Assembly: GCA_964441085.1 (NCBI GenBank)
Contig: CAYTUE010000028.1
Span: 1 to 40,005, forward strand
Direction: 5' to 3'
DNA from: an uncultured Planctomycetaceae bacterium
Lineage (GTDB): Bacteria; Planctomycetota; Planctomycetia; Planctomycetales; Planctomycetaceae
DNA: 40,005 nucleotides
The translations under genes were made by a program, and so were the position numbers. The notes below the pieces were generated by a model, which saw only the letters and a list, made by a program, of their open reading frames with translations, was not told the origin of the DNA and made no database searches. Below are positions 8,850 through 17,594 of the stretch, piece after piece (position 1 is the first letter of the stretch; every line of letters begins with the position of its first letter).

Positions 8850-11699
8850 ATGCCAGCTTCCAAATCCGACACTCCCGACCTGTTTGCTCCTGAAAAGAAA
8901 CTGGTACTCCTAGATGGCATGGCGCTTGTTTATCGAGCTCACTTTGCCCTGATCCGTAGCCCTCGGTTTACGTCAGGAGGAACCTGCACGTCGGCTGTAT
9001 TCGGAATGTGCAACACCATTACCGATATCATCAAGAAAGAAAACCCGACTCACATCGCCGCAGCGTTTGACACCAGCGAACCCACCGAACGCCACAAAGT
9101 GTTTCCAGAATATAAGGCTCAACGAGACGCTTTGCCCGAAGACATCGCCGCACAGCTTCCACTGGTCGACCGACTGCTGGAAGCATTCAACATCACCACA
9201 ATTCGCATGCCCGGCTACGAAGCCGACGATATTATCGGCACACTGGCCACCGAAGCCGCTGCCGACGGCTATCACACGGTCATGGTGACTCCGGATAAAG
9301 ACTATCACCAGTTGGTCAAAGACAACGTCGTGATCTTTCGCCCTGGTCGCCAAGGATCCACTTTCGAAATTCTAGGCATCCCCGAAGTCCTGAAACACTG
9401 GGATGTCGAACGAGTTGACCAAGTGATTGATATTCTGGGACTGATGGGAGACGCCAGCGACAATATTCCAGGCATCCCCGGAATCGGTCCCAAGACAGCT
9501 CAAAAGCTCATCGCCAAATACGACAGCATGGAAAACATGTTGCAACACAGCCACGAGCTGAAGGGCAAACAGAAGGAACGAGTCGAAGAAAATGTCCAGC
9601 AAGCCCTGCTGTCGAAACAACTGGTCACCATCCAACTGGATGTCCCACACAATCTTCAACTCAGCAACCTTGCTATCAAAGAACGCAATGACGAAGCTCT
9701 GCAAACACTGTTCGAAGAACTGGAATTCGACGCATTGGGCAAAAAGCTATTTGGCAACAAGTTCAGCTCGTCAGCCAGTCGAGCCACTGTGATTCGAGAA
9801 AAACGAGAAGCTCAAATTCAAACCACGCTGTTTGGCGACGACGAAGAACCCAATGTAAAAACCTTGGCCGACGTCAAGCACGACTACCGCACAATCACCA
9901 CGAAAGAAGATCGATCGGTTCTGCTAGAAAAGCTACTGCAACAAAAAGACGTCTGCTTTGATACCGAAACCACAAGCCTTGATGCTCGAACCGCCCTGCC
10001 CTTGGGGCTGTCCTTTAGCTTCGAAGCCAACAAAGCGTTTTATGTTGTATTGCACGATCCTGCGGGCCAAGCACTTCCAGAAGAACAGGCTCGAAAACAA
10101 GCTGTCGCAACTCTCGAAGAATTCCGTCCGTTCTTCGAAAACAAAGACATTCGAAAAATTGGTCACAACCTAAAGTACGACATCACATTGCTAAAGTGGA
10201 GTGGCTTCGAAGTCCACGGTGCGATCTTCGACACCATGCTGGCTCATTCCATGAAAGAGCCAGAAATGCGACACGGGCTAGACTACCTTGCCGAACTGTA
10301 TCTGGCCTACAAACCCATTCCAACCAGCCAGTTAATCGGCCCCAAAGGCGACCAGCAAAAAACAATGGCCGACGTGCCGTTATCGGAACTCGCAGAATAC
10401 GCCAGCGAAGATGCAGACGTCACGTTGCAAATCGCGAAAGTGATCGAACCAGATATCCAAGCCCAAGGAACCGCCCAAGTTTGTCACGAGGTCGAATGCC
10501 CTTTGATCACCGTGCTGGCCGACATGGAACACGAAGGCATCGGCCTGAATGTGGAAGCGTTGGCCGACTACTCAAGACAGCTGGAAGCCGATATCAATCA
10601 GCTTCAAGACACCATCTACGCGGCCGCCGGTCACGAATTCAACATCGACAGCCCCAAACAACTGGGAGTCGTTCTGTACGACGAACTGAAACTTGAAGAC
10701 AATCCCAAGAAGACAGCGACTGGCCAGTACTCAACAAAGGAAAGCGAACTCGAACGACTCAGTGCTCGGCACGAAGTCATTGCCAATGTGCTTGACTACC
10801 GTAATGCAGCAAAGCTGAAATCGGTTTACGTCGACCAACTTCCGAATCACGTGAATCCTCAAACCGGACGACTGCACACTCATTACAGTCAAACATGGAC
10901 GGCCACTGGCCGCATGCAAAGCAACGATCCCAACCTCCAAACCATCCCTGTGAGGAAGGAACGTGGTCGAGAAATTCGAGCCGCCTTTGTGCCTCGAAGT
11001 GAAAATCACTTGCTGCTATCGGCCGACTATTCGCAAATCGAACTTCGCATCATGGCCGAACTGTGCCAAGACCCAGCAATGGTTGAAGCCTTCAAAACGA
11101 ACACAGACATTCACACTGCCACCGCCGCAAAAGTCTACTCAGTGGCTGCCGAAGAAGTGACTCGTGAAATGAGATCCAAAGCTAAGATGGTGAACTTCGG
11201 AATCATCTATGGCATCAGCGCCTTTGGACTTCAGCAAAGATTGAATATTCCTCGCCACGAAGCCAAGGAACTGGTCGACGGCTACTTCCAGCAGTATCCC
11301 GGAGTACAAATATGGATCGATAAGACGGTCGAATTCGCCAAAGAACACGGTTATGTGCAAACTCAAACAGGCCGCCGGCGCTATCTTCGAGACATCAATA
11401 GTCGCAGTAAGTCTCTGGCGAATGCCGCCGAACGCTTAGCCATGAACAGCCCCATCCAAGGCACGGCTGCCGACATGTTAAAACTGGCAATGATCAAAGT
11501 GCACAACGCCTTAGCTGCGGGCAACTTTCAAACCAAAATGCTGCTCACGGTCCACGACGAAATCGTGTTTGACATGCCGAAAAGCGAAGAAGAAACAGTG
11601 AAACCCGTGATTGAAGAAGCCATGAAAACAGCTCTTCCCATGAGCATCCCCATTCAAGTGGAAATGGGAACCGGAAAAAACTGGCTAGAAGCTCATTGA
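8850..11699 (+). CDS. polA: DNA polymerase I (5'-3' exo, intact 3'-5' exo, polymerase)
   Basis: GYEADDIIG and GDASDNIPG; ExoI FDTET, ExoII NLKYD, ExoIII YASEDAD; motifs ADYSQIELR, RSKAKMVNFGIIYG and TVHDE. Confidence 0.99.
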   Translation: MPASKSDTPDLFAPEKKLVLLDGMALVYRAHFALIRSPRFTSGGTCTSAVFGMCNTITDIIKKENPTHIAAAFDTSEPTERHKVFPEYKAQRDALPEDIAAQLPLVDRLLEAFNITTIRMPGYEADDIIGTLATEAAADGYHTVMVTPDKDYHQLVKDNVVIFRPGRQGSTFEILGIPEVLKHWDVERVDQVIDILGLMGDASDNIPGIPGIGPKTAQKLIAKYDSMENMLQHSHELKGKQKERVEENVQQALLSKQLVTIQLDVPHNLQLSNLAIKERNDEALQTLFEELEFDALGKKLFGNKFSSSASRATVIREKREAQIQTTLFGDDEEPNVKTLADVKHDYRTITTKEDRSVLLEKLLQQKDVCFDTETTSLDARTALPLGLSFSFEANKAFYVVLHDPAGQALPEEQARKQAVATLEEFRPFFENKDIRKIGHNLKYDITLLKWSGFEVHGAIFDTMLAHSMKEPEMRHGLDYLAELYLAYKPIPTSQLIGPKGDQQKTMADVPLSELAEYASEDADVTLQIAKVIEPDIQAQGTAQVCHEVECPLITVLADMEHEGIGLNVEALADYSRQLEADINQLQDTIYAAAGHEFNIDSPKQLGVVLYDELKLEDNPKKTATGQYSTKESELERLSARHEVIANVLDYRNAAKLKSVYVDQLPNHVNPQTGRLHTHYSQTWTATGRMQSNDPNLQTIPVRKERGREIRAAFVPRSENHLLLSADYSQIELRIMAELCQDPAMVEAFKTNTDIHTATAAKVYSVAAEEVTREMRSKAKMVNFGIIYGISAFGLQQRLNIPRHEAKELVDGYFQQYPGVQIWIDKTVEFAKEHGYVQTQTGRRRYLRDINSRSKSLANAAERLAMNSPIQGTAADMLKLAMIKVHNALAAGNFQTKMLLTVHDEIVFDMPKSEEETVKPVIEEAMKTALPMSIPIQVEMGTGKNWLEAH

Positions 11700-11811
11700 T
11701 GCATGCATCGACATAGCAGACCGTTGAAAAGCGATCCCCGTCGTAACCGACGCGTAAGAGCGTCAGCGAGGAAGCATCCGCAGTCGTCTTTGAGGCCAGC
11801 TCAAAAACGGC

Positions 11812-11849
11812 AAAAAGAAACCCCGCCGAATGCACTGCATTTGACGGGG
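11812..11849 (-). terminator. Intrinsic terminator between convergent polA and helicase genes
   Basis: CCCCGCCGAATGCA-C-TGCATTTGACGGGG hairpin, with a U-tract (TTTCTTTTT) on the minus strand. Confidence 0.75.
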
Positions 11850-11884
11850 GGAGATCTTTGAAATATCAAGGCTTTGATGTTTCT

Positions 11885-14734
11885 TTAGTCTCGACGAAAC
11901 TTCTTCTTGGCAAAGTTCTTGCCTTTGAATCCGCCGCCAGAACCACCTTGGTGTCCACCAAAACGTCGACCACCACCGCCATTGCGATCGCCGAATTTTT
12001 TGCCGCCACCAAAACGCTTTTGCTCTTGGTCATCACTTGGCGATGCGCGAGTCAGTTGAAGTTGTTTCCCAGCAACTCGTACTTTCCGTAGAAGCTGAAA
12101 GATGTCTGCTGGCATGCCGTCTGGAAGATCAACAGTGCTGTAATCGTCGTAGATACTAATCGGTCCGATTTGATCTCCATCGATCCCACCTTCGTTGGCA
12201 ACAGCTCCCACGATGTTGCCCGGCTTCACATTGTCTGCTCGACCAACTTCGATTCGATAACGCTGCATACCGCCTCGAGCCGGCCCGCTTTTACGACGTC
12301 GATCCTGCTGACCGCCACGATCGTTGCGATCAAATCGATCTCGACCACCTCGATCATTGCGATCCCGACCACCTTCGTTATCCCGCCGACGAGCCTTTGG
12401 AAGCTCTGCAGCAAAGAATGAACGTCCTTGTTGCAACTGATCAGCCAAAGCAGCCGCAATGTCAACAACGTCAGCTCCGCTTGTTTCAGCATGATCATGA
12501 AGCATCTGCTTAAAGAAGCTTAAATCACGCTCTTCAACCGTTTTGTCGATTGCAGCAAGAAACGTCTTTTTACGAACTTCGTTGACCTCATCCGCTGTGG
12601 GAACTTGGACAATTTCAATTGGCTGTCGAGTGGCTCGCTCAATACTTCGCAAACGATTCTTTTGCCCACCTGTGACAAACAAAATCGCATGCCCTTTTTT
12701 ACCAGCTCGCCCCGTTCGACCAATTCGATGGATATACGATTCGTTATCCATGGGAACGTCGTAGTTAAACACGTGTCGAATACGAGGCACATCTAGTCCT
12801 CGAGCAGCAACGTCAGTCGCAACCACAATATTCAACCGCCCTGCCTTCAAGTGATCAACCGTGCGTTCGCGAACCTGCTGAGGCATATCGCCATTCAATG
12901 CGGCCGCTTTAAACCCACGAGCGTTCAGTTCATCAGCAACAGTGGCTGTGCCTTCTCGAGTTCGAGCAAACACAATGCAACCATCTGTTTCTTCCACTTC
13001 GAGGAACCGAGCCAACACTTCCATTTTGTCACGAGGAGACACAAAAGCTGCTCGCTGACGAATGGCTTCCGCCGTCATCGTTTTTTGCTTGACCGTAATT
13101 TTGATCGGAGCATTCAAATAACGGTCTGCGATGTTCCGGATGGGAACAGGCATTGTGGCCGAAAACAAAGCAACCTGACGATTGGCAGGAGTTTTTTCTA
13201 AGACAAACTGCACGTCTTCTAAGAAGCCCATGTTCAGCATCTCATCGGCTTCATCCAAAACCAGACAATCCAATGTGCCCAGCTTCAGAGTTCCTTTTTT
13301 GATGTGATCGATGACTCGACCCGGCGTTCCCACAACAACAGAAGCACGCTTCAGCTGACGAATTTGGTTTTCATAGCCCGCTCCACCGTAAATGGCGGCC
13401 ACTTGAAAACCGGGAACCTGAGCACCATAGGTTTCAAAGGAATCTGCAACCTGCATCGCCAGTTCACGAGTCGGAGCCAAAACGAGCACCTGAGTCGTAC
13501 GTTGTTCGGTTTTGATTCGCGACAAAATTGGCAATGCGAAAGCAGCCGTTTTGCCAGTTCCCGTTTGGGACTGTGCTAAAACATCTCGACCTTCCAACAT
13601 GTGTGGAATGATCTGAGCCTGAATTTCGGTAGGAGTATCATACCCCGACTGCTGCACGGCTGCTTGAACATGGTCGCTTAACGGCAGTTCAGCAAACTTA
13701 ACCTTGCCGTCAGATGCATCCGACCCTGCTTCTGGTGATATCGCAGAAGTCTGAACAGGACTTTCCACCACAGCAGGCTGTGTGGCAACTGGTTCTGACA
13801 CAACTGGCTTTGGTGCGGCAACTGGCTTTGGTGCGGCAACTGGTTTTGGGGCGGCCGTTTCTTCAGCTGCAACAGGCATTTTCTTCGCAGGCGGAGTCGT
13901 GACAGCTGCAGCTGCGACAGGGGCTGTCACAGCAGGCTGAACACTGGTTTTGTCCGTTGAATCCGTTGCTCGAACTCGAGCTGCCGCGGCTGCCACAATG
14001 GCTTCCACAGTCAATGGTTTTGATTCTGGCACGGAATCAGCATCTGCTGTTGGCTTCGTTTCTTGTTCGACGACTTCAGTTGCCGATTCAACAGTTGGTA
14101 CCTTGTCTTCTCCAACTGGCGGTGTAACAACCGGTTGCGCGACAACTGGAGCAGCTTCCACAACGGGTTGTGAAGATTCGGCGACAGCACAAGTCGCTTC
14201 TTGAACAACATCAGCAACAGGTGCCGAAGCTGCTGGTTCGACAGATTTCGCCTTCGCCACTGGTTTGACTTTTGCAGCCGTGGTTGGCTTTGCAGCTGTC
14301 GGATTCACAACCGGCGGCTTCACAACCGGTGGACGCAAAACCGGATCGATCTCGTAATCGTCGTCGTCATCGCTTGCCGCCTGAGGCGTGACAACAGGTG
14401 GAGACTGAACGTCAGCAGCGGTTTCCGGAATTTCAACTTGCTCCGCAACCACCGGTTCCACAGCAATGTCTTCCGCAGCAACTTCCCCCACAACGCCAAC
14501 ATCTTCGCTCACCGATTCCCGTTCACCCACACCAACAGGCTCTGGCTCATTTGTGACCGGCTGTTCAGTGACTGGCTGTTCGGTGACTGGTGGCGGACTT
14601 GTTGGTAGCTGAGGCAACTCTCCGGAAAGAGAAATCGAATCAAGTGACGGAATCGCATCACCTGAAGATTGAAACGTTTCAAAGAATGAAAACGTACCGG
14701 GGGCGCTGTCGTTATTCGACTTTTGTTCGGACAT
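11885..14734 (-). CDS. deaD: DEAD-box RNA helicase, DeaD/CsdA type, with DbpA RNA-binding domain and a long disordered N-terminus
   Basis: Q motif (GYDTPTEIQ), SQTGTGKT, PTRELA, DEAD, SAT and HRIGRTGR; DbpA-like YRIEVGRADNVKPGNIVGAVANEGG; RG-rich tail. Confidence 0.93.
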   Translation of the reverse strand: MSEQKSNNDSAPGTFSFFETFQSSGDAIPSLDSISLSGELPQLPTSPPPVTEQPVTEQPVTNEPEPVGVGERESVSEDVGVVGEVAAEDIAVEPVVAEQVEIPETAADVQSPPVVTPQAASDDDDDYEIDPVLRPPVVKPPVVNPTAAKPTTAAKVKPVAKAKSVEPAASAPVADVVQEATCAVAESSQPVVEAAPVVAQPVVTPPVGEDKVPTVESATEVVEQETKPTADADSVPESKPLTVEAIVAAAAARVRATDSTDKTSVQPAVTAPVAAAAVTTPPAKKMPVAAEETAAPKPVAAPKPVAAPKPVVSEPVATQPAVVESPVQTSAISPEAGSDASDGKVKFAELPLSDHVQAAVQQSGYDTPTEIQAQIIPHMLEGRDVLAQSQTGTGKTAAFALPILSRIKTEQRTTQVLVLAPTRELAMQVADSFETYGAQVPGFQVAAIYGGAGYENQIRQLKRASVVVGTPGRVIDHIKKGTLKLGTLDCLVLDEADEMLNMGFLEDVQFVLEKTPANRQVALFSATMPVPIRNIADRYLNAPIKITVKQKTMTAEAIRQRAAFVSPRDKMEVLARFLEVEETDGCIVFARTREGTATVADELNARGFKAAALNGDMPQQVRERTVDHLKAGRLNIVVATDVAARGLDVPRIRHVFNYDVPMDNESYIHRIGRTGRAGKKGHAILFVTGGQKNRLRSIERATRQPIEIVQVPTADEVNEVRKKTFLAAIDKTVEERDLSFFKQMLHDHAETSGADVVDIAAALADQLQQGRSFFAAELPKARRRDNEGGRDRNDRGGRDRFDRNDRGGQQDRRRKSGPARGGMQRYRIEVGRADNVKPGNIVGAVANEGGIDGDQIGPISIYDDYSTVDLPDGMPADIFQLLRKVRVAGKQLQLTRASPSDDQEQKRFGGGKKFGDRNGGGGRRFGGHQGGSGGGFKGKNFAKKKFRRD
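13798..13855. repeat. 18-bp coding tandem repeat (APKPVA x3) in the helicase N-terminus
   Basis: CAACTGGCTTTGGTGCGG repeated about 3 times, the third copy degenerate. Confidence 0.85.
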
Positions 14735-15325
14735 AATTTGTCTTCTTCACGGAATCAGCGAGCGCAATTCAATTGTCAATAGGCTCGCGCGTTGTAATTC
14801 AACAGGATCAGATTGATGCCTGTTGGGCTGATACGTCGCCACACGATGTTTACGACATCGCTTCAAAGCCCGTGGAGACTGTCGATCAGAGATAAATCAC
14901 TGAGACAGAAAACGCCGATTTCTAGAAGACCTGTCGCATTGAAGCTTGGCTGATCAGATGTGATCGCTCAGAGGTTCTTCCTATAAAAAGAACTTGGCTG
15001 CTGCTTCAAGATGTTGAGTACGGTACCCAACCTGTTCCGGAATCGACAGAGCGAACTTTCGAAATTGACGCTTTTCATCAAGGTCTGCACGATTCCCCTT
15101 GAAATTCTCAGTCGAACCGAGCCGCCCTCTCACTTCTTCGAACCTGTGTTTCAATTTCACAACAGATCGTGACATAAAACAGACAAACTTCCCCACCAAC
15201 TGGTCAATTCACACCAACCAAGACTCGTCCTGAGTCAATGATTCCGTTTATCATTCGGTATCAACTCGGTCACCACCAGCGCTTTGCCAACTTACCACAA
15301 GCCAATTTTCTCAAGGCTCTCGCAT

Positions 15326-16588
15326 ATGATTTTGCACGTCGACATGGATGCCTTTTTCGCATCCGTCGAACAGCGAGATCACCCAGAAATCCAAGGTCAG
15401 CCGGTGATTGTTGGTGGAGCTGCAGATCGTCGAGGAGTCGTGTGTGCCGCCAGCTATGAGGCTCGGAAATTCGGAGTCCGCAGCGCCATGCCAACTTCAG
15501 AAGCATCTCGACGCTGCCCAGAAGCCATGATCCTGCCGCCTCGAATGGATCGCTACGCGGAGGAATCTGCCAAAATCCGTGAAATCTTCCTTCGCTACAC
15601 CCCTGTGATCGAACCATTGTCTCTCGATGAAGCATTCCTTGATGCCACTGGCTGTGAAGGCCTGTTTGGTTCGATCGAAACCATTGGGCGATCTATCAAA
15701 AAGGACATCTGGTCAGAACGGCAACTTGTCGCATCCGTAGGCCTCGCCCCCAACAAGTTTCTCGCCAAGCTGGCAAGCGACTTAGAAAAACCAGACGGCT
15801 TCACCATCATTGCCGAAGATCAAATCGACGAAATCCTACATCCACTCCCGGTGACTCGAATCTGGGGAGTCGGTAAAGCCACTCGAAAAAGATTCGACAC
15901 ACTCAATGTCAGCACGATTGGTGACCTGAAAAAAATTTCCGAACAACACCTACGACAAACCTTCGGCAAAAGCGGGGCTCAATTCTATCGCCTTGCACGG
16001 GGCATCGATGATCGTCCTGTTGTGGCCAACCGACAGGTCAAATCGGTATCGCACGAACACACTTTCGAAAAAGATGTGACTGACCCAGACGTCTTAAAAG
16101 CATGGCTACGAGAACTCACAGAACAAGTCGCCCGAAAGCTTCGCAATCAAAAACGCCAAGGCAAGACAATTCAACTGAAGGTTCGCTACAGCAATTTCGA
16201 CACGATCACTCGATCAATGAGCCTCAAGACCCCCAGCAACAACACAACCGTGTTGTGGGAAGCCGCCTTACGCTTACTAGAAACCAAACTTCCCCACAGA
16301 ACATTAGACGTTCGCCTGCTCGGCATGGGTGTCAGCAACTTTGCTTCAGCAGCAAAAGCCGTTCAGAAAACACTCTTCGGTCATGATGACGAAAACTGTG
16401 ATCACGAAAATCGTGATCACGAAACTGAAGGCAACGCCCCCAACACGAAACCCGCTGTCGAAAATCGCAGTCAAAAACTGGACACTCTCACAGACGCCAT
16501 TCGAGATCGCTTTGGGACGCTGGCTGTCAAGAATGCCAGTACAGTCCAACATGATGCCAATCATAAAGCACTGCCAAGACCAGAATAG
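15326..16588 (+). CDS. dinB: DNA polymerase IV (Y family)
   Basis: MILHVDMDAFFASVEQ, AASYEAR.FGVRSAMP, SLDEAFLD, KFLAKLASDLEKPDG; clamp-binding-like QKTLF near the C-terminus; ATG at 15326. Confidence 0.97.
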   Translation: MILHVDMDAFFASVEQRDHPEIQGQPVIVGGAADRRGVVCAASYEARKFGVRSAMPTSEASRRCPEAMILPPRMDRYAEESAKIREIFLRYTPVIEPLSLDEAFLDATGCEGLFGSIETIGRSIKKDIWSERQLVASVGLAPNKFLAKLASDLEKPDGFTIIAEDQIDEILHPLPVTRIWGVGKATRKRFDTLNVSTIGDLKKISEQHLRQTFGKSGAQFYRLARGIDDRPVVANRQVKSVSHEHTFEKDVTDPDVLKAWLRELTEQVARKLRNQKRQGKTIQLKVRYSNFDTITRSMSLKTPSNNTTVLWEAALRLLETKLPHRTLDVRLLGMGVSNFASAAKAVQKTLFGHDDENCDHENRDHETEGNAPNTKPAVENRSQKLDTLTDAIRDRFGTLAVKNASTVQHDANHKALPRPE

Positions 16589-16667
16589 CTGCAACAAGTC
16601 CCCCGCTTGCAGCACAAGGCCTCTTTGCCGTCGGTAGGTACCCATACAACAAAGCGAAAATCAGCTG

Positions 16668-16928
16668 CTACTTTTCGTTTTCGGTACTTGATCCATCGTT
16701 TACCTTGCTGCTTTCATGTTCTGCTTCTGGGCACTCAACTCAAGCATACAAATCGGCGAGTTTCAAAGACACAGCCGGTTGACTCAGTTTCAATTCACCG
16801 TCCAACCCATCAATCACAGACATAATCCAGTCTCCATTGGCCTGTCGCTGAAATGTTTCGACTCGAGCTTCATCCTGTGAAATCAAGATGTAAGTATGCA
16901 AGCTCGGCAAATTTCGATGATTTCCAAA
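16668..16928 (-). pseudogene. C-terminal remnant of a Uma2 family (restriction endonuclease-like) protein
   Basis: FGNHRNLPSLHTYILISQDEARVETFQRQANGDWI...LKLADLYA matches the Uma2 C-terminal pattern. The N-terminal PD...VEVLS part is absent, and the TGA at 16740-16742 is followed in frame by VECPE...K* (stop at 16668-16670). Confidence 0.75.
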
Positions 16929-17076
16929 CGAATGATCAGCCAATTCGGCGAACCCCAGACACTCGAACGGGTCTTGAATCCGACGCTGCTTGAAACCAGT
17001 GGCCGTCACTTCATCGGAACTCCGATTTGAAGCTGCCGGTTCCAGACATGGATTCAAAACACAAAGCAGCATCACC

Positions 17077-17152
17077 ATGAGGTTAGCTCAATTGGCAGAG
17101 CATCAGACTCATACTCTGACTGTTGCAGGTTCGATTCCTGTACCCCACACCA
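17077..17152 (+). tRNA. Atypical tRNA / tRNA-like element, anticodon CAT, encoded CCA
   Basis: ATGAGGT-TA-GCTC-AATTGGCA-GAGC-A-TCAGA-CTCATAC-TCTGA-CTGTT-GCAGG-TTCGATT-CCTGT-ACCCCAC-A-CCA (76 nt); A1:C72 and A4:C69 mismatches in the acceptor stem. Confidence 0.85.
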
Positions 17153-17594
17153 ACTCAGCAAATGTCAACAACGTTTGCCGTCAATGCCTGAAGGAGACTG
17201 CCGCAACTGCGGACCAGTGCAAGTTGTCAAAATTGATCTGCTGTTCGCAGCAATCAATCACACAACAATGCACACCAACCAAAACACACTTTGCAGCAAG
17301 CGGATTCCGTTTGCGAACGATTCAGACAATCGACGCCCAAACCCTTTCTGACTTGCTTGCATCACCATGCACGCATGAAGATTCAGGTTCGCTCGCCGAA
17401 AATCTGAACCTGTTTGCCTACTTAAGCAAGCTCCGTGATGTTCGTTGTGGCCCACACACGCCAACGTCTCCCGATGGTTCTGCCCTGAACGGCTTTCGTA
17501 AGCCGACTTTTTAACCGGGAATGACCGGACAACTTTTGAAGCGACATGCGCTTCAGCACTTCCTCTGAACAACATCACAGAGAGGAAATTTTCT
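17153..17594 (+). ncRNA. Putative structured non-coding RNA(s) / leader between the tRNA-like element and the slipin gene
   Basis: Run of hairpins: 17233-17257 (UUCG loop), 17292-17361, 17385-17412, 17490-17505 plus U-tract, 17537-17555, and 17560-17587 (covers the SD). No credible ORF. Confidence 0.55.

Noticed and set aside
14735-15325. LexA/SOS box upstream of dinB
   Set aside because: No convincing palindrome matching LexA motifs I know, and the planctomycete motif is not known to me.
16990-17076. sigma54 (-24/-12) promoter expected for RtcR-type control of the tRNA-slipin unit
   Set aside because: No TGGCAC-N5-TTGC-like match is visible; TGGCCG at 17000 lacks a correctly spaced -12 GC.
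16929-17078. N-terminal half of the 112-aa minus-strand ORF as a real Uma2 start
   Set aside because: No Uma2 catalytic motifs, and it abuts the tRNA-like gene. Only the C-terminal part looks homologous.
16990-17514. 174-aa ORF on the + strand (and the 115-aa ORF 17258-17605 on the - strand)
   Set aside because: The + ORF runs through the tRNA-like cloverleaf and both cover the hairpin array. Neither has an RBS or recognisable motif, so the region is better explained as non-coding RNA.
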